A DNA stretch of 64,000 nt from an uncultured Gemmatimonadaceae bacterium (GTDB taxonomy: Bacteria > Gemmatimonadota > Gemmatimonadetes > Gemmatimonadales > GWC2-71-9), in contig CAYGBV010000064.1 in NCBI GenBank assembly GCA_964348295.1, forward strand, positions 91,739 to 155,738, read 5' to 3'. A program made the translations under genes and the position numbers. The notes beneath the pieces are model-generated. The model was given only the letters and a program-made list of their open reading frames with translations. It was not told the DNA's origin and ran no database searches. This document shows positions 1 through 10,400 of the stretch, piece by piece (positions within the stretch are counted from its first letter, which is position 1; each line of letters opens with the position of its first letter).

Positions 1-1763
1 CGGACCCCGCGGTGGTGAACCTGTCGGCGTTCGAGACCTACTTCCCCGAGCGGCGGCCCTTCTTTGTGGAGGGAGCGAACATCTTCCGCTTCGGAGCGGG
101 AAGCGGCGGATTCGTGTTCGGCGCGCCACGACTCTTCTACTCGCGGCGCGTCGGGCGCTCGCCCACACGCTCCGTCGAGACGGATTACGGCTACCAGGAC
201 TATCCGGTTTCCACGAGCATCATCGCGGCGGCCAAGGTAACGGGGAAGACAGCGGGGTGGTCCGTGGGGGTGATGGACGCCCTGACGGCGCGTGAGTACG
301 CCAGCCTGCAGGACACGGCGGGGAGCCGCTGGTCAGAACCGGTCGAGCCGCTGGCCAACTACGCGGTGGTGAGCCTGCGGAAGGATCTCCGCGGCGGCGG
401 CAGCGGCGTGGGAATCATGGGAACGGCCGTGAACCGCGACGTGAGCGACACGCTGTTCAACTACCTGCGCTCGTCGGCAAACGCTGGAGGCGTGGACTTC
501 TTTCACAAGTTTGCCAACAACCGGTTCGCGCTCAATGCATCGCTGAGCGGGTCGCACATCAGTGGCGACCCGGAGGCGATCACATCGGCGCAGCTCTCGT
601 CGGCACGGTACTACCAGCGGCCCGACCAGGACTACCTGACCCTCGATACCACTGCGACGAACATGACGGGGTTCGCAGGTTCCGCGCAGGTAGGCAAGAT
701 CTCGGGCAACTGGATCTACGGCACCGATTTCTACGCTTACTCTCCAGGGTTCGAGGTGAACGACGCCGGCTTCCAGCGGGAGGCCGACCGGATCTTCAAC
801 GGCGTGCGCGTGACGCGCCGCTGGCTCGATCCGGGGAAGGTGTTCAGGCGCTTCTCGATCAGCGCGAACTTCGCCAACGAATGGAACTTCGGGGGAACAC
901 ACGTTTGGGGTCAGGCTTACGCCGGCCTCAACGGACAGCTACGCAACTACTGGAACTTCGGGGTGGGGTTCAATCGCTGGTTCACGGCGCTGACCGATAG
1001 ACATACCCGCGGCGGGCCGCTCATGGAGTCACCGAGCGGGTGGAGCACACACGGCTGGGTGGGCACCGATTACCGCAAGACCATCTCGTTCGGATTCTTC
1101 GGCAGCTACTCGCGTAACGCGTATGATGGCTGGGGTGTGTACCTCGAACCGGAAGTCAGGATCCGACCGGGCGGAGCGATGAGCTTCGTGGTCTACCCGG
1201 GCTTCAGCAGGACTCACGCCATGGGTCAGTACGTGACACAGAGGGAGGACCCGACGGCCACGATCACCTACGGCGGACGCTACCTGTTCAGCGAGTTGCT
1301 GCAGACCAGCCTTGACATCACCATCCGTGCCGACCTCGCGATCACTCCCGATCTCACGGTGCAGCTCTGGGCCCAGCCGTTCGCGTCCACGGGCGATTAC
1401 TTCGGCTACAAGGAGCTGGCCGAGCCCGAGACCTTCGACTTCCTGCGCTACGGCGCGGACGGGAACTCGACCATCGAGTTCGACGAGGAAGATAACACCT
1501 ACACGGTGGATCCCGACGGCCCCGGGCCCGCCGAGCCGATCACGTTCGACAACCCCGACTTCTCGGTCCGCTCGCTGCGCAGCAACCTCGTGATTCGCTG
1601 GGAGTACCTGCCGGGATCGACCCTCTTCCTGGTGTGGAACCACAACCGCTCGGGCAGTTCCACCGACCCCAGCTTCGACGCCTGGCGGCAGATCAAGGGC
1701 GCGTTTACGGATGCGGCGCAGAACACCTTCCTGATCAAGCTCAACTACTGGATCAGCCTGTAA
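1..1763 (+). CDS. 5'-truncated (window edge) DUF5916-like outer-membrane-associated protein
   Basis: ORF 12..1763 stays open in frame to the window edge. It has the N-terminal motif NLSAFETYFPERRPFFVEG and an aromatic/Gly-rich beta-strand pattern ending ...FLIKLNYWISL (OMP-like C-terminus). The family call is from memory of DUF5916/CBM9-associated proteins and was not searched. Confidence 0.55.
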   Translation, partial: DPAVVNLSAFETYFPERRPFFVEGANIFRFGAGSGGFVFGAPRLFYSRRVGRSPTRSVETDYGYQDYPVSTSIIAAAKVTGKTAGWSVGVMDALTAREYASLQDTAGSRWSEPVEPLANYAVVSLRKDLRGGGSGVGIMGTAVNRDVSDTLFNYLRSSANAGGVDFFHKFANNRFALNASLSGSHISGDPEAITSAQLSSARYYQRPDQDYLTLDTTATNMTGFAGSAQVGKISGNWIYGTDFYAYSPGFEVNDAGFQREADRIFNGVRVTRRWLDPGKVFRRFSISANFANEWNFGGTHVWGQAYAGLNGQLRNYWNFGVGFNRWFTALTDRHTRGGPLMESPSGWSTHGWVGTDYRKTISFGFFGSYSRNAYDGWGVYLEPEVRIRPGGAMSFVVYPGFSRTHAMGQYVTQREDPTATITYGGRYLFSELLQTSLDITIRADLAITPDLTVQLWAQPFASTGDYFGYKELAEPETFDFLRYGADGNSTIEFDEEDNTYTVDPDGPGPAEPITFDNPDFSVRSLRSNLVIRWEYLPGSTLFLVWNHNRSGSSTDPSFDAWRQIKGAFTDAAQNTFLIKLNYWISL

Positions 1764-1934
1764 GGCGATCCGGGCTCCTCCTCCCCCGTCTTGACGAGAG
1801 CGGCTGGCCGTAAGCACTCAGCGTCCCCTACAGCAACGGTCATCTCCTGGCGGCAATCGGCCCGGGCGAGGTGACGGAGACGGGCGCTTCGCGCTAACCT
1901 TCGGACGTTGCGGACATTTGAACGGGAGGCTGGG

Positions 1935-2678
1935 ATGCTTCACACCCTGATGCTCGCCCTGGCGCTCGGCGCGTCACCGGCAGATTCTATCCGGACCGGC
2001 GAGGACTTGATCCGCGCCATGCACGCCCGCTACCAGGGTCAATGGTACGAGAACCTGGTCCTGATCCAGGCGGTGACCTACTTCGATCTCCAATCGGGCG
2101 CACTCGACTCGGCACGGCTGTGGTACGAGTCGATCCAGCTTCCCGGAACGGTGCGCAGCGACATAGCGCCGGTGGAAGCGGGACATTATCAGCTGTTCCG
2201 CGACGGCACGTGGCACATCTTCGAGGCCGACACCCTGGCGCGGGCAAATCCCGGACCACATCCCGTGCTGCTCCTGGGGTTCGACGTGTACATGCAGCCC
2301 GTCGAGGAGACCCTCTCCAAGCTCGCGCTGCTACAGTTCGACCTAGTAGGGCTGCGGGAGGACACTTGGCAGGGGCGGGAGGTCTATGTGGTCGGGTCGG
2401 CGACCGATGACCGGGCCAATCAGTTCTGGGTTGACAAAGAAGACCTCCTGCTCCGACGGCTCATCATCGTGAGCCGAACGAGCGGTGCCGCGATAGAGGT
2501 GCAGTTCAACGACTACCGACCTCTGGGAGGCGGGTGGATCGCCGCGGAGCTGGTGTTCTTGCGAGACGGGCATCTCTGGCTCCACGAGCGCTACGCCTAC
2601 TGGGACATCGACGTGGAGTTCGAGCCGAGCATCTTCGCCACCACCGAGCGTACGCGTCCGACCTGGGTTGGTCGGTGA
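1935..2678 (+). CDS. secreted hypothetical protein (signal peptide MLHTLMLALALGASPA)
   Basis: ATG at 1935 is preceded by GGGAGG (1924-1929). There is a hydrophobic signal-like N-terminus and high GC3. I recognise no motif. Confidence 0.6.
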   Translation: MLHTLMLALALGASPADSIRTGEDLIRAMHARYQGQWYENLVLIQAVTYFDLQSGALDSARLWYESIQLPGTVRSDIAPVEAGHYQLFRDGTWHIFEADTLARANPGPHPVLLLGFDVYMQPVEETLSKLALLQFDLVGLREDTWQGREVYVVGSATDDRANQFWVDKEDLLLRRLIIVSRTSGAAIEVQFNDYRPLGGGWIAAELVFLRDGHLWLHERYAYWDIDVEFEPSIFATTERTRPTWVGR

Positions 2679-3850
2679 CCGGCCGCCCCGTGCGGAACGG
2701 AGGGCAGCGGGGCGCGCGGAGCGCGGCCTGCTCCCGTGTGCTGATCGCGGCGGTTGGGCTATCGCTCGTCCCCGGTGTGCTGCCAGCCCAGGACGCCGAC
2801 CAGGCACGGTCCGACACGGTGGCCACGCCCGGCAGCACGCTGGTTCCTCTTCCCGTGCTGTTCTATCAGCCGGAGACCGAGTTCGGTTTCGGGGGCCTCG
2901 TCTCGTATTACTTCTGGCTGACGGATCCTCCTGCGATTGGGAGTGGGGAGCGCTTCCAGCCATCCTCGCTCTCGGTGATCGCCATCTACACCACCAGGAA
3001 GCAGATCATCACGGCGCTGGCGGGCGAGTTGTGGCTGGGGGACGGGCGCTGGCGGGTGCTGGGTGATCTCGGTGTCACCAAGTTCCCCACCAAATTCTGG
3101 GGCGTCGGGAATGACACGCCCGAAGAGGCGGAGGAGGACTACACGCCGCTCTCCTTCAACTCGCTCGTAGAAGTCCAGCGTGGCATAGGCAGCGGGTTGT
3201 TCCTGGGCGGTACTCTGCAGATCGGCTACCGCGAGCTGCGCGAGGTGGAGCAGGACGGGCTGCTCGCGAGCGGGACCATCCCGGGCTCCGACGATGGCAG
3301 CGTCGTCGGTCTCGGCCTCCTGGTATCGTGGGACACCCGGGACAACACCGTCTACCCGAGGTCCGGGTGGTACAACCAAGTGCGGGCGGCATTGTACGAC
3401 GGCTTCTTCGGGAGCGACTACGACTTCGGCAGGTACGTAGTCGACCTCCGAGCCTACGGAGCGCCCCTCGAGTCGCACGTCGTGGCGCTGCGGGGCCTCG
3501 GCGTGGCCTCATCCGGCACGCCGCCGTTCGATCTCATGCCCGAGCTCGGCGGCGATCGGCTGCTGCGGGGCTACTTCCAGGGGCGGTACCTGGACCGCCA
3601 GCTGCTCGCACTTCAGGGCGAGTACCGGCTCCCAGTGTGGTGGCGCATCGGCGCGGTGGGGTTCGCCGCGGTGGGGCAGGTGGCCGACCGGTGGGGTGAC
3701 TTCGCCTTCGACGGGTTCCACGCATCCGTCGGGGGCGGCATTCGTTTCCTGATCAGCCCCGAGGAGGGGCTGAACCTGCGTGCCGACTATGGTTGGGGCT
3801 TCGACGTGAGCTCGGGCGGGTTCTACCTGAGCATCGGGGAGGCGTTTTAG
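2675..3850 (+). CDS. BamA/TamA (Omp85, surface antigen D15) family outer-membrane beta-barrel protein
   Basis: The C-terminal pattern GGGIRFLISPEEGLNLRADYGWGF...GGFYLSIGEAF has a terminal Phe typical of Omp85 barrels. A signal-like segment (VLIAAVGLSLVPGVLPAQD) is present. The start is uncertain: GTG 2675 overlaps the upstream TGA, and GTG 2690 is an alternative. Confidence 0.7.
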   Translation: MTGRPVRNGGQRGARSAACSRVLIAAVGLSLVPGVLPAQDADQARSDTVATPGSTLVPLPVLFYQPETEFGFGGLVSYYFWLTDPPAIGSGERFQPSSLSVIAIYTTRKQIITALAGELWLGDGRWRVLGDLGVTKFPTKFWGVGNDTPEEAEEDYTPLSFNSLVEVQRGIGSGLFLGGTLQIGYRELREVEQDGLLASGTIPGSDDGSVVGLGLLVSWDTRDNTVYPRSGWYNQVRAALYDGFFGSDYDFGRYVVDLRAYGAPLESHVVALRGLGVASSGTPPFDLMPELGGDRLLRGYFQGRYLDRQLLALQGEYRLPVWWRIGAVGFAAVGQVADRWGDFAFDGFHASVGGGIRFLISPEEGLNLRADYGWGFDVSSGGFYLSIGEAF

Positions 3851-4020
3851 CCGGCCCGAGGGCTCCTGGCTAACTGCCCGAGGCCTGAAGGTGTGCACCG
3901 GGCGCACTGACAAGTACGCCCGGTGGTGCCCGGCGGGCCGTGGGGTAGATTGACCAAGGGACCGCGGGAGTGGCCCCACCGCAGCGTTTCCTACCGGGGA
4001 TTCATCACGGGAGGCGGGGT

Positions 4021-5154
4021 ATGATGCGCGGACTTTCTGTTGCTCTCTCCATTGCTCTCCTTGTGCCAGGCGTCGCCATTGCCCAGGACGGCTTCCGGTT
4101 CGACGTGGTGCAGGAGATTCGCACGACGCCGGTCAAGAATCAGGCGCGCACCGGCACCTGCTGGAGCTTCGCTTCGTCTTCGTTCATGGAGACGGAACTG
4201 CTCCGCTTGGGCAAGGAGCCCGTAGACCTATCCGAGATGTTCTTCGTGCGCATGACGTACCCTCAGAAGGTGCACAACTACGTCCGGCTGCACGGGAACA
4301 CGACGATCGGTCAGGGGAGTCTCGGCGGCGACGTGTTCCGGGCCGTTCGCGAGTACGGCGCCGTGCCGGAGGAGGTCTACCCTGGCAGGCGCTACGGGGC
4401 CGAGCGCCACGATCACGGCGAGTTGTTCGCCCTGGTCCAGGCGGCGGCTGACGCCCTGGTCGAGCGGAGCCGGCTTAGCCCCGTGTGGCCCGACGCGATC
4501 GACGGAATCCTGGACGCGTACCTGGGTGAGGTGCCCGAGGAGTTCGTGTACCAGGGGAGGACCTACACCCCTCGGTCGTTCGCGGACGAGCTCGGCCTGA
4601 GCCCGGAACACTACGTGGAGCTCACCTCCTTCAGTCACCACCCGTTCTATGCCTGGTTCGCGGTCGAAGTCCCGGACAACTGGGCCCGGAACGAGAGCTA
4701 CAACGTGCCGCTCGATGAGCTCATGGACGTGATCGACCATGCCCTCGAGCAGGGATACTCGGTCGACTGGGACGGTGACGTGAGTGAGCGGAGCTTCTGC
4801 CACAGCAAGGGAGTGGCGGTCCTGCCGCTGCAGCCGTGGAGTGCACGCAATGAGGAGGAACGGGAACGGGTGTGCAGCGTGCCGGAGGCCGAGGTTCAGG
4901 TGACACAGGAGGTGCGCCAGCAGGGGTTCGACGACTACAGCTCGTCCGACGACCACCTGATGCACCTCGTCGGGCTCGCGCGCGACCAACACGGGACGAA
5001 GTACTACATCACGAAGAACTCCTGGGGTGTGACGGGTGCCAAGGACGGCTTCGTGTACATGTCGGAGTCGTACGTCCGGGCCAAGACGATCACCATCGTG
5101 GTGCATCGAGAGGCGCTCCCCGACGGGCTGGTCGGCAGGGTCGCGCGAAGGTAA
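4021..5154 (+). CDS. C1-family cysteine peptidase (aminopeptidase C / bleomycin-hydrolase-like), secreted
   Basis: Catalytic-Cys motif NQARTGTCWSFASSSF. The C-terminal segment HLMHLVGLA...YYITKNSWG carries the His/Asn region. ATG 4021 follows GGGAGG, and a signal peptide is present. Confidence 0.8.
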   Translation: MMRGLSVALSIALLVPGVAIAQDGFRFDVVQEIRTTPVKNQARTGTCWSFASSSFMETELLRLGKEPVDLSEMFFVRMTYPQKVHNYVRLHGNTTIGQGSLGGDVFRAVREYGAVPEEVYPGRRYGAERHDHGELFALVQAAADALVERSRLSPVWPDAIDGILDAYLGEVPEEFVYQGRTYTPRSFADELGLSPEHYVELTSFSHHPFYAWFAVEVPDNWARNESYNVPLDELMDVIDHALEQGYSVDWDGDVSERSFCHSKGVAVLPLQPWSARNEEERERVCSVPEAEVQVTQEVRQQGFDDYSSSDDHLMHLVGLARDQHGTKYYITKNSWGVTGAKDGFVYMSESYVRAKTITIVVHREALPDGLVGRVARR

Positions 5155-5458
5155 CGACGAGGCCACCAGAAGCGGCGCTGCGGCCCCGGAGGCTCAGCTC
5201 TCCGACTGAGACCGGGCGCGGGTGGTTCAAAACGACCCATCGGGCCACCTCCCCGGGAGTGGAGCTCGCGCCGCCACGCGTCAAGTCACTGGGTGACTGC
5301 CATCACTGCACCTCGCTGAGCGTCTGACTTTCCACATCACATCAGTCGACCCATTTCCTCCACCAGGCTTCTCAACAGCGACTTGCGTCACAGATTCTCG
5401 GGCCTGCCGCGCGTAAAGTGTGCGCGTCAGCCGGCACTCCAATCGGAGGAGTCAGCTC

Positions 5459-5659
5459 ATGGGGAGCACGCGGGACAAACAGAACCCGGACTCCCGGGTA
5501 ACTGTCGTCAGGTACAAGGGTCGGTATCTGTTCCTCATAGATGGTCGCGGCGACGCGGTATTCGACAAGTCGTGGGGGATCCGCACCTACGCCACTGAGG
5601 AGTTGGCGCAGCGGGCCGGCGAGCTGTACCTGCAAACCGGCGTGACGGCACCCGAGTAA
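5459..5659 (+). CDS. small hypothetical protein (66 aa), tandem paralog 1
   Basis: ATG 5459 follows GGAGGAG (5445-5451). About 65% identical over 48 aa to the next ORF (my hand alignment). Confidence 0.65.
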   Translation: MGSTRDKQNPDSRVTVVRYKGRYLFLIDGRGDAVFDKSWGIRTYATEELAQRAGELYLQTGVTAPE

Positions 5660-5682
5660 CCGCGCGCCAGGGAGAGGAGGCC

Positions 5683-5943
5683 GTGTCCGCTTCGCCCAAG
5701 CGGAAGCCCGCCGCCGGCATCGAAGCCGGGTCGCGCATCACCGTGGTGCCGGCCCAGGGCCGCTTCACCTTCCTGGTGGACGGGAAGGCCGATGCGACGT
5801 TCGACAAGTCGTGGGGTGTGACGACCTACCCCACCCGAGAGCTGGCCCGGAGGGCCGGCGAATACTACCTGAAGCAACGCGCGCAGGCGGCGTCGTTCGC
5901 TGCCGAGATCATGGGCACCGGCCCCCTCGGCGGTGGGACGTGA
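5683..5943 (+). CDS. small hypothetical protein (86 aa), tandem paralog 2
   Basis: GTG 5683 follows GAGAGGAGG. It shares the core SR(V/I)TVV..GR..FL(I/V)DG..DA.FDKSWG..TY.T.ELA.RAGE.YL with the upstream ORF. Confidence 0.65.
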   Translation: MSASPKRKPAAGIEAGSRITVVPAQGRFTFLVDGKADATFDKSWGVTTYPTRELARRAGEYYLKQRAQAASFAAEIMGTGPLGGGT

Positions 5944-6284
5944 GCCTGGGCGAGCCATAGCCGACGACCCGAGGGCCCCGCAGCCTGCCGGGCGCTGCCG
6001 ACCTGGCCTCCCAGCACCGGCAGCCCGCGCCCAGTCCTGCCACTGGGTGCTGCGGGGCTCTCTCCTGCCCGCCTAGCGGCTTCCCCCTTGTCCCTGTAAC
6101 TGCTCGAGCTTCTGCCGGGCGTTGGCGTTCCCCGGGTTGAGCTCCAGGGACTTCTCGGCCGGGTGAGTGTTGCCCTACAACGACGTCGGTGGGTGGGTGG
6201 TTCCAGGTGTGGGCGGCGCCGCCTGCTTGAGCGACAAGAGCCCCGCAACACGGCGGTGCTGCGGGGCTTTCCAGTAGATCGAGT

Positions 6285-6309
6285 TGGGGCGCAGCGGCAG
6301 CGCGCCCCA
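6285..6309 (-). terminator. GC-rich hairpin 10 nt downstream of the stop of the 6319..7185 gene
   Basis: TGGGGCGC-agcggcagc-GCGCCCCA gives an 8-bp perfect stem. There is no clear U-tract. Confidence 0.4.
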
Positions 6310-6318
6310 GTGCCGGGG

Positions 6319-7185
6319 TCAGCTCTGCACGATGATCAGGAACCTAGAGCCGCCCCAGAAGTCGTCGGGCGACGTGATTTGGATGCTCCCGGAAACCCGA
6401 CCCTTGTCGTCGGGTGGTGACTCCAGGAACCCGATATCCTGCCGCGACACGATCTCGTAGCGCTCCTCGGCGATGGGCAGCTCGATCTCGGTCACCAGGC
6501 GCTTGTCGATGCGGGTGAAAGCGCTCTCGTCGAGCTCCCGCGCCGGCACCAGCGTCTCGCCGCGCTTCCCGAAAATGAACAGGAACCGAGCGCCGCCCTC
6601 CTTCCGGATGATGCCGCGCTCCAGCAGCTCATCCTTGGTGCCGATCACGTAGAAGACGGTGTTGGTCTCGGCCTCCAGCGTGTCTACCTGTGCCGCGAGC
6701 TGCACGTTCTCTTCGTGCAGGGTCTCAACCTGCTCGGTTAGCCTGGCAATGGTCTGCTTCTGTGCTTCGATCACGCTCTCGTAGTTCGCGATCGTCACCT
6801 CGAGGGTGGTCCGCAAGCTGTCGGACAGCTGGGAGAGGTCTCGGATGCGGGCGCGGTTCGCCCGCAGCCGCGCCTCGGTCTGCTCCACGCGGGCCGTGAC
6901 GTACCTGATCTTCTCCAGTACCGAGTCGCGGCGGGCCTGCATCGGCGACTCCGCGGCAACCATCAGCCGCTCGCCCTCGATCTGGACCGCAGCCAGCTCG
7001 GCGCCGATCTCGCTCATGAGCCGCGCATTATCGGCCACCTCCTGCAGCAGGCTGTCCCGCTGCGCGGACGCCAGGGCCAGCTCATTGAGCTTCTGGCGGA
7101 CTTCCTCGGACGGGCCGCAGCTCACCAGCGCCATGAGCGTGACTGGGAGCCAGACCCGCTGTACAACCGTTCTCTGCATCGACAT
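6319..7185 (-). CDS. coiled-coil lipoprotein, unknown function
   Basis: ATG 7185 follows GGAGG. A lipobox-like LMALVSCG is followed by about 170 aa of heptad-like E/L/Q/R-rich sequence and then a globular C-terminal domain. Confidence 0.7.
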   Translation of the reverse strand: MSMQRTVVQRVWLPVTLMALVSCGPSEEVRQKLNELALASAQRDSLLQEVADNARLMSEIGAELAAVQIEGERLMVAAESPMQARRDSVLEKIRYVTARVEQTEARLRANRARIRDLSQLSDSLRTTLEVTIANYESVIEAQKQTIARLTEQVETLHEENVQLAAQVDTLEAETNTVFYVIGTKDELLERGIIRKEGGARFLFIFGKRGETLVPARELDESAFTRIDKRLVTEIELPIAEERYEIVSRQDIGFLESPPDDKGRVSGSIQITSPDDFWGGSRFLIIVQS

Positions 7186-7456
7186 CGCGAAGACCTCCAA
7201 CGCTAGGGCGCACACTTGACGGCGCAGACCGCCGGCCGCGCGTCGGCGTGGGTACACTGCCTGCACTGCGGCCGGCTCGGTCCGCACGTAGATGCTACCC
7301 AGGGGTGCTCTCAAGGATTTGGCGAGTCCATTAAGAACGGATGACAGTCGGATGACGGGAGAGTGGAACGTGATGTGTCAGGTAGCGCCGACCGGGAGGC
7401 GATCTATCGGGTATGGGTGCCGCTCACGTGGAGGCTGATCGCTCGTTCCCGCGGGG

Positions 7457-10400
7457 CTACTCCGTTGGTGTCGTTCCCTTGACGGCGTTCCGGGCCAGAT
7501 GCCGCACTCGCGGATGGGGGTCCTTGGTGTAGCGCGCGAGCACCTCTGAGGCCCTGGGGTGGGAGATCTGTCGCAGGGCTGTGGCGGCGGTGGAGCGGAC
7601 CTGCTCGTCCCAGCGCCGGCCGAAGAGCAGGAACTGCCGCTCATCCAGGACCTTCTGCAGCGCGTCGATGCAGCTGGCGTCGCCCACTTGTCCGAACGCC
7701 TGGCAGCAGGCGATGAGCACCTTTGGCTCCTGTGTCGCCTTCCGGATGGACTGCAGCGCCTCCACCGCGGGTGCGCTGCCGAGCGCCGCGATGCTGCGGA
7801 TCGCGCCCTTGGCGGCGTCCGGGTCGGCGTCCGTAGCGTAGGGTTTGATGAGGGGGATGAGGTCGTCGCGCTTCAGCCGCTCGAACATCCGTAAGGCCGC
7901 CCGGCGGATCTTGGAGTTGTCGTCCGCCAGGGCGTGGGCCACCTCGTCCTCCAGGTCCTGGGTGACGGTGTCCGCTACCTCGAGGACCCGGAAGCGCTGC
8001 TCAACGATCGGCTCCGTGGCCAGCACCCGCTTGACCTCCTTGCCGGCCTGAGGCCCCATGTCGGCGAGCAGGCTAGCCGCTATCTGCCGCGTCCGGAAAT
8101 CCCGCTCCAGCTTGATGACCTCCACAAGCAGGGGGATCCCCGCGCGGCCCTGGCTGCCGATCACCTGTGCCGCGCGCCCGTGGCGCTCGGGCTGGCCGGA
8201 GCGGAGGTCCTCGACCAGAAGCTGTTGTACGGCAGGCTGCAGCTCATGGTCCAGCAGCTGGGCCAGCGTGTCGGCGTCGGCGTAGCCGGCGTCCTGGAGA
8301 TCTTGCCGCCGCGTCTTGAGGGCCAGCAAGATGCGGCTCGCTGTCTGGTGGTCGCCGAATTGCACGGAGATGTTCGCCATCGCGTGGAGCACGATGCCGA
8401 ACTCTCGCAGCACCTGCGGCTCGGACTCCTCGGCGAGCGCCTGGAGGAGCTCGGCGACTGCCAGCTCGGTCATCTTGCGCTGCAGCCCGAGAATGAGCAG
8501 CTCCAGCAGCCCCGCGCAGGCCCGCACCGTCCGTTCGCGCGTGCCTGTGTCCTGCTCCTGGAAGTTGGCGAACATCTTGCGCAGCAGCTGCTTGACCAGG
8601 TCCCACTCGCCCTTGACGAGCAGCTCCCTGCCGAACCGCGGGAGCGCCTCGAGCAGCGCCTCGCCGGGCTCCTCGCTGAGCTGCTCCATGAACTGGGCCG
8701 TGACCTGTTGCTCGGCGGTCTCGTCCTCGATGACATCCACATCGGCCACCAGGCTCTGCACCACACCGATCGTGTACTGACGCTGGTTGAAAGCGAGGGA
8801 GGAGAACGTCTGCTGCTGCGCGAGCTCGTCCCAGAACGAGCGATCCGCCCCGGCCGGCACGTCGCGCAGCACCGCGACGAAGCTCTCGATCTCCGCCTCG
8901 GGCACGTCGGCCAGGAAGGTGATGCTCGAGAGGCCCACCGAGTGCATTAGCTCCAGCACGCTCGCGGCCAGCACGTCGTACGTCGACGTGTCAACTCGGG
9001 CGCCGTTCACCAGCAGTGCCTCGTCGATGCCGGCCAGCGTGAGGGCCTGGTGGCGTTCCAGGATCGGCTGCAGCGCGCCGTGGAGGCGCTGGATGGCGCT
9101 GACGACGGGGCTGCTGTCGAGCGGGTACAGCTTGACCATCTTGGCGGCGCCCTGGATTCCCCGGAGGATCTCAGGGCCGTGGGTCAGCTCGTCGGGCGTG
9201 AGCTCGACCTCCTCGAGGGTCGGCCGTCGCGCGCCGGCGACCGCCTTGCGTCGCACCACCCGGGAGTACCTCACCTGCTCGAGCTCGATGTGACCGAGCC
9301 CCTGCTCTGCGGCGAAGGTCTTCCAGTACCCGTGGGTGATCGTGTCCGGCTTGAGCTGGCTCAGCGTGCCGATTAGCGACTGTAGCTCACCTGCGGTCAC
9401 GCCTGGGGTGAACGTGATGCCCCTGAGCTCGGCCCTGGTGAGGAGCTCCAAGAAGGCATCGGCGACGGCTGTGCAGTCCGTGACGTCGATCCGTTGGCCG
9501 TTTGCCAGGAGGAAGCGTTGCTCCTGTGACAGATGCAGCCGCTCGTTCCTCTCCAGGATGGGGTGTACCGCCTGCTTCACGTCCGCCAGTGACTGGGTGA
9601 CGGCCTTACTCTCGGGCGGGTAGAGCTGAATGTTGCGTACCGCCTTCGTGAAGCTGCGCAACACCTCGGGGACGAAGGGGAGGCTTTCCGGCTCCAGCCG
9701 GCGCTCCTCCTCGACTTCCGCTTCCAGGATGTCGTCGGTGTACTCGGCGGCTTCGTTGCGATCGAAGACCAGCTGGCTCTGGGCGAGTTGTGCGCGCTCG
9801 TAGCGCCGCGCCTTCTCCTGGTTGGCGGAGCGCTTGAAGTGGTAGGCGAGCAGCGATGCCGACGGGAGCACGCGCTGCTCATACAATCCCTCCTGGTAGG
9901 TGCCGATCCGTTCGTGCAACTCCTGGCGCCGCTCCGGGTTGATCACCCCGTAGCTGATCTCGGCTATCTGCTTGCCGAGGAAGTGCATCACCTCGTCGTT
10001 GATCTGGAAGTCGAGGCTCACCAGGCCCAGCGCCTCAGCGCGATCCAGGAACTCCAGAATGCGGTTCTCGTCGACGTCCGAGCTGCCGGCAAGCACGCTC
10101 ACCGAGATGTCGTCGCCCAGGGCGGCCGCGCGCTCCAGGATCTCCCGCCCCTCCTCGTCGAGCTGCGAGATCTTCTGCATCACGATCTCCTCGAGGGAAC
10201 GTGGCAGGTAGCCCGGTTCCAGCGGCCCGATGAACCATTCGTGGCCCTCGAGCGTCACGCGGCGGTCGGCCACGAGCTTGCGGAGGATTTCGCCGAGGAA
10301 CAGCGGGTTTCCCTGCGTCGTCTCGGCCAGCTCTCGCTCGAACCCCTCAGGCATCCGCAGGCTGGGGAACACGCCTCGCAGGTACTCGGCGATGTCGTCA

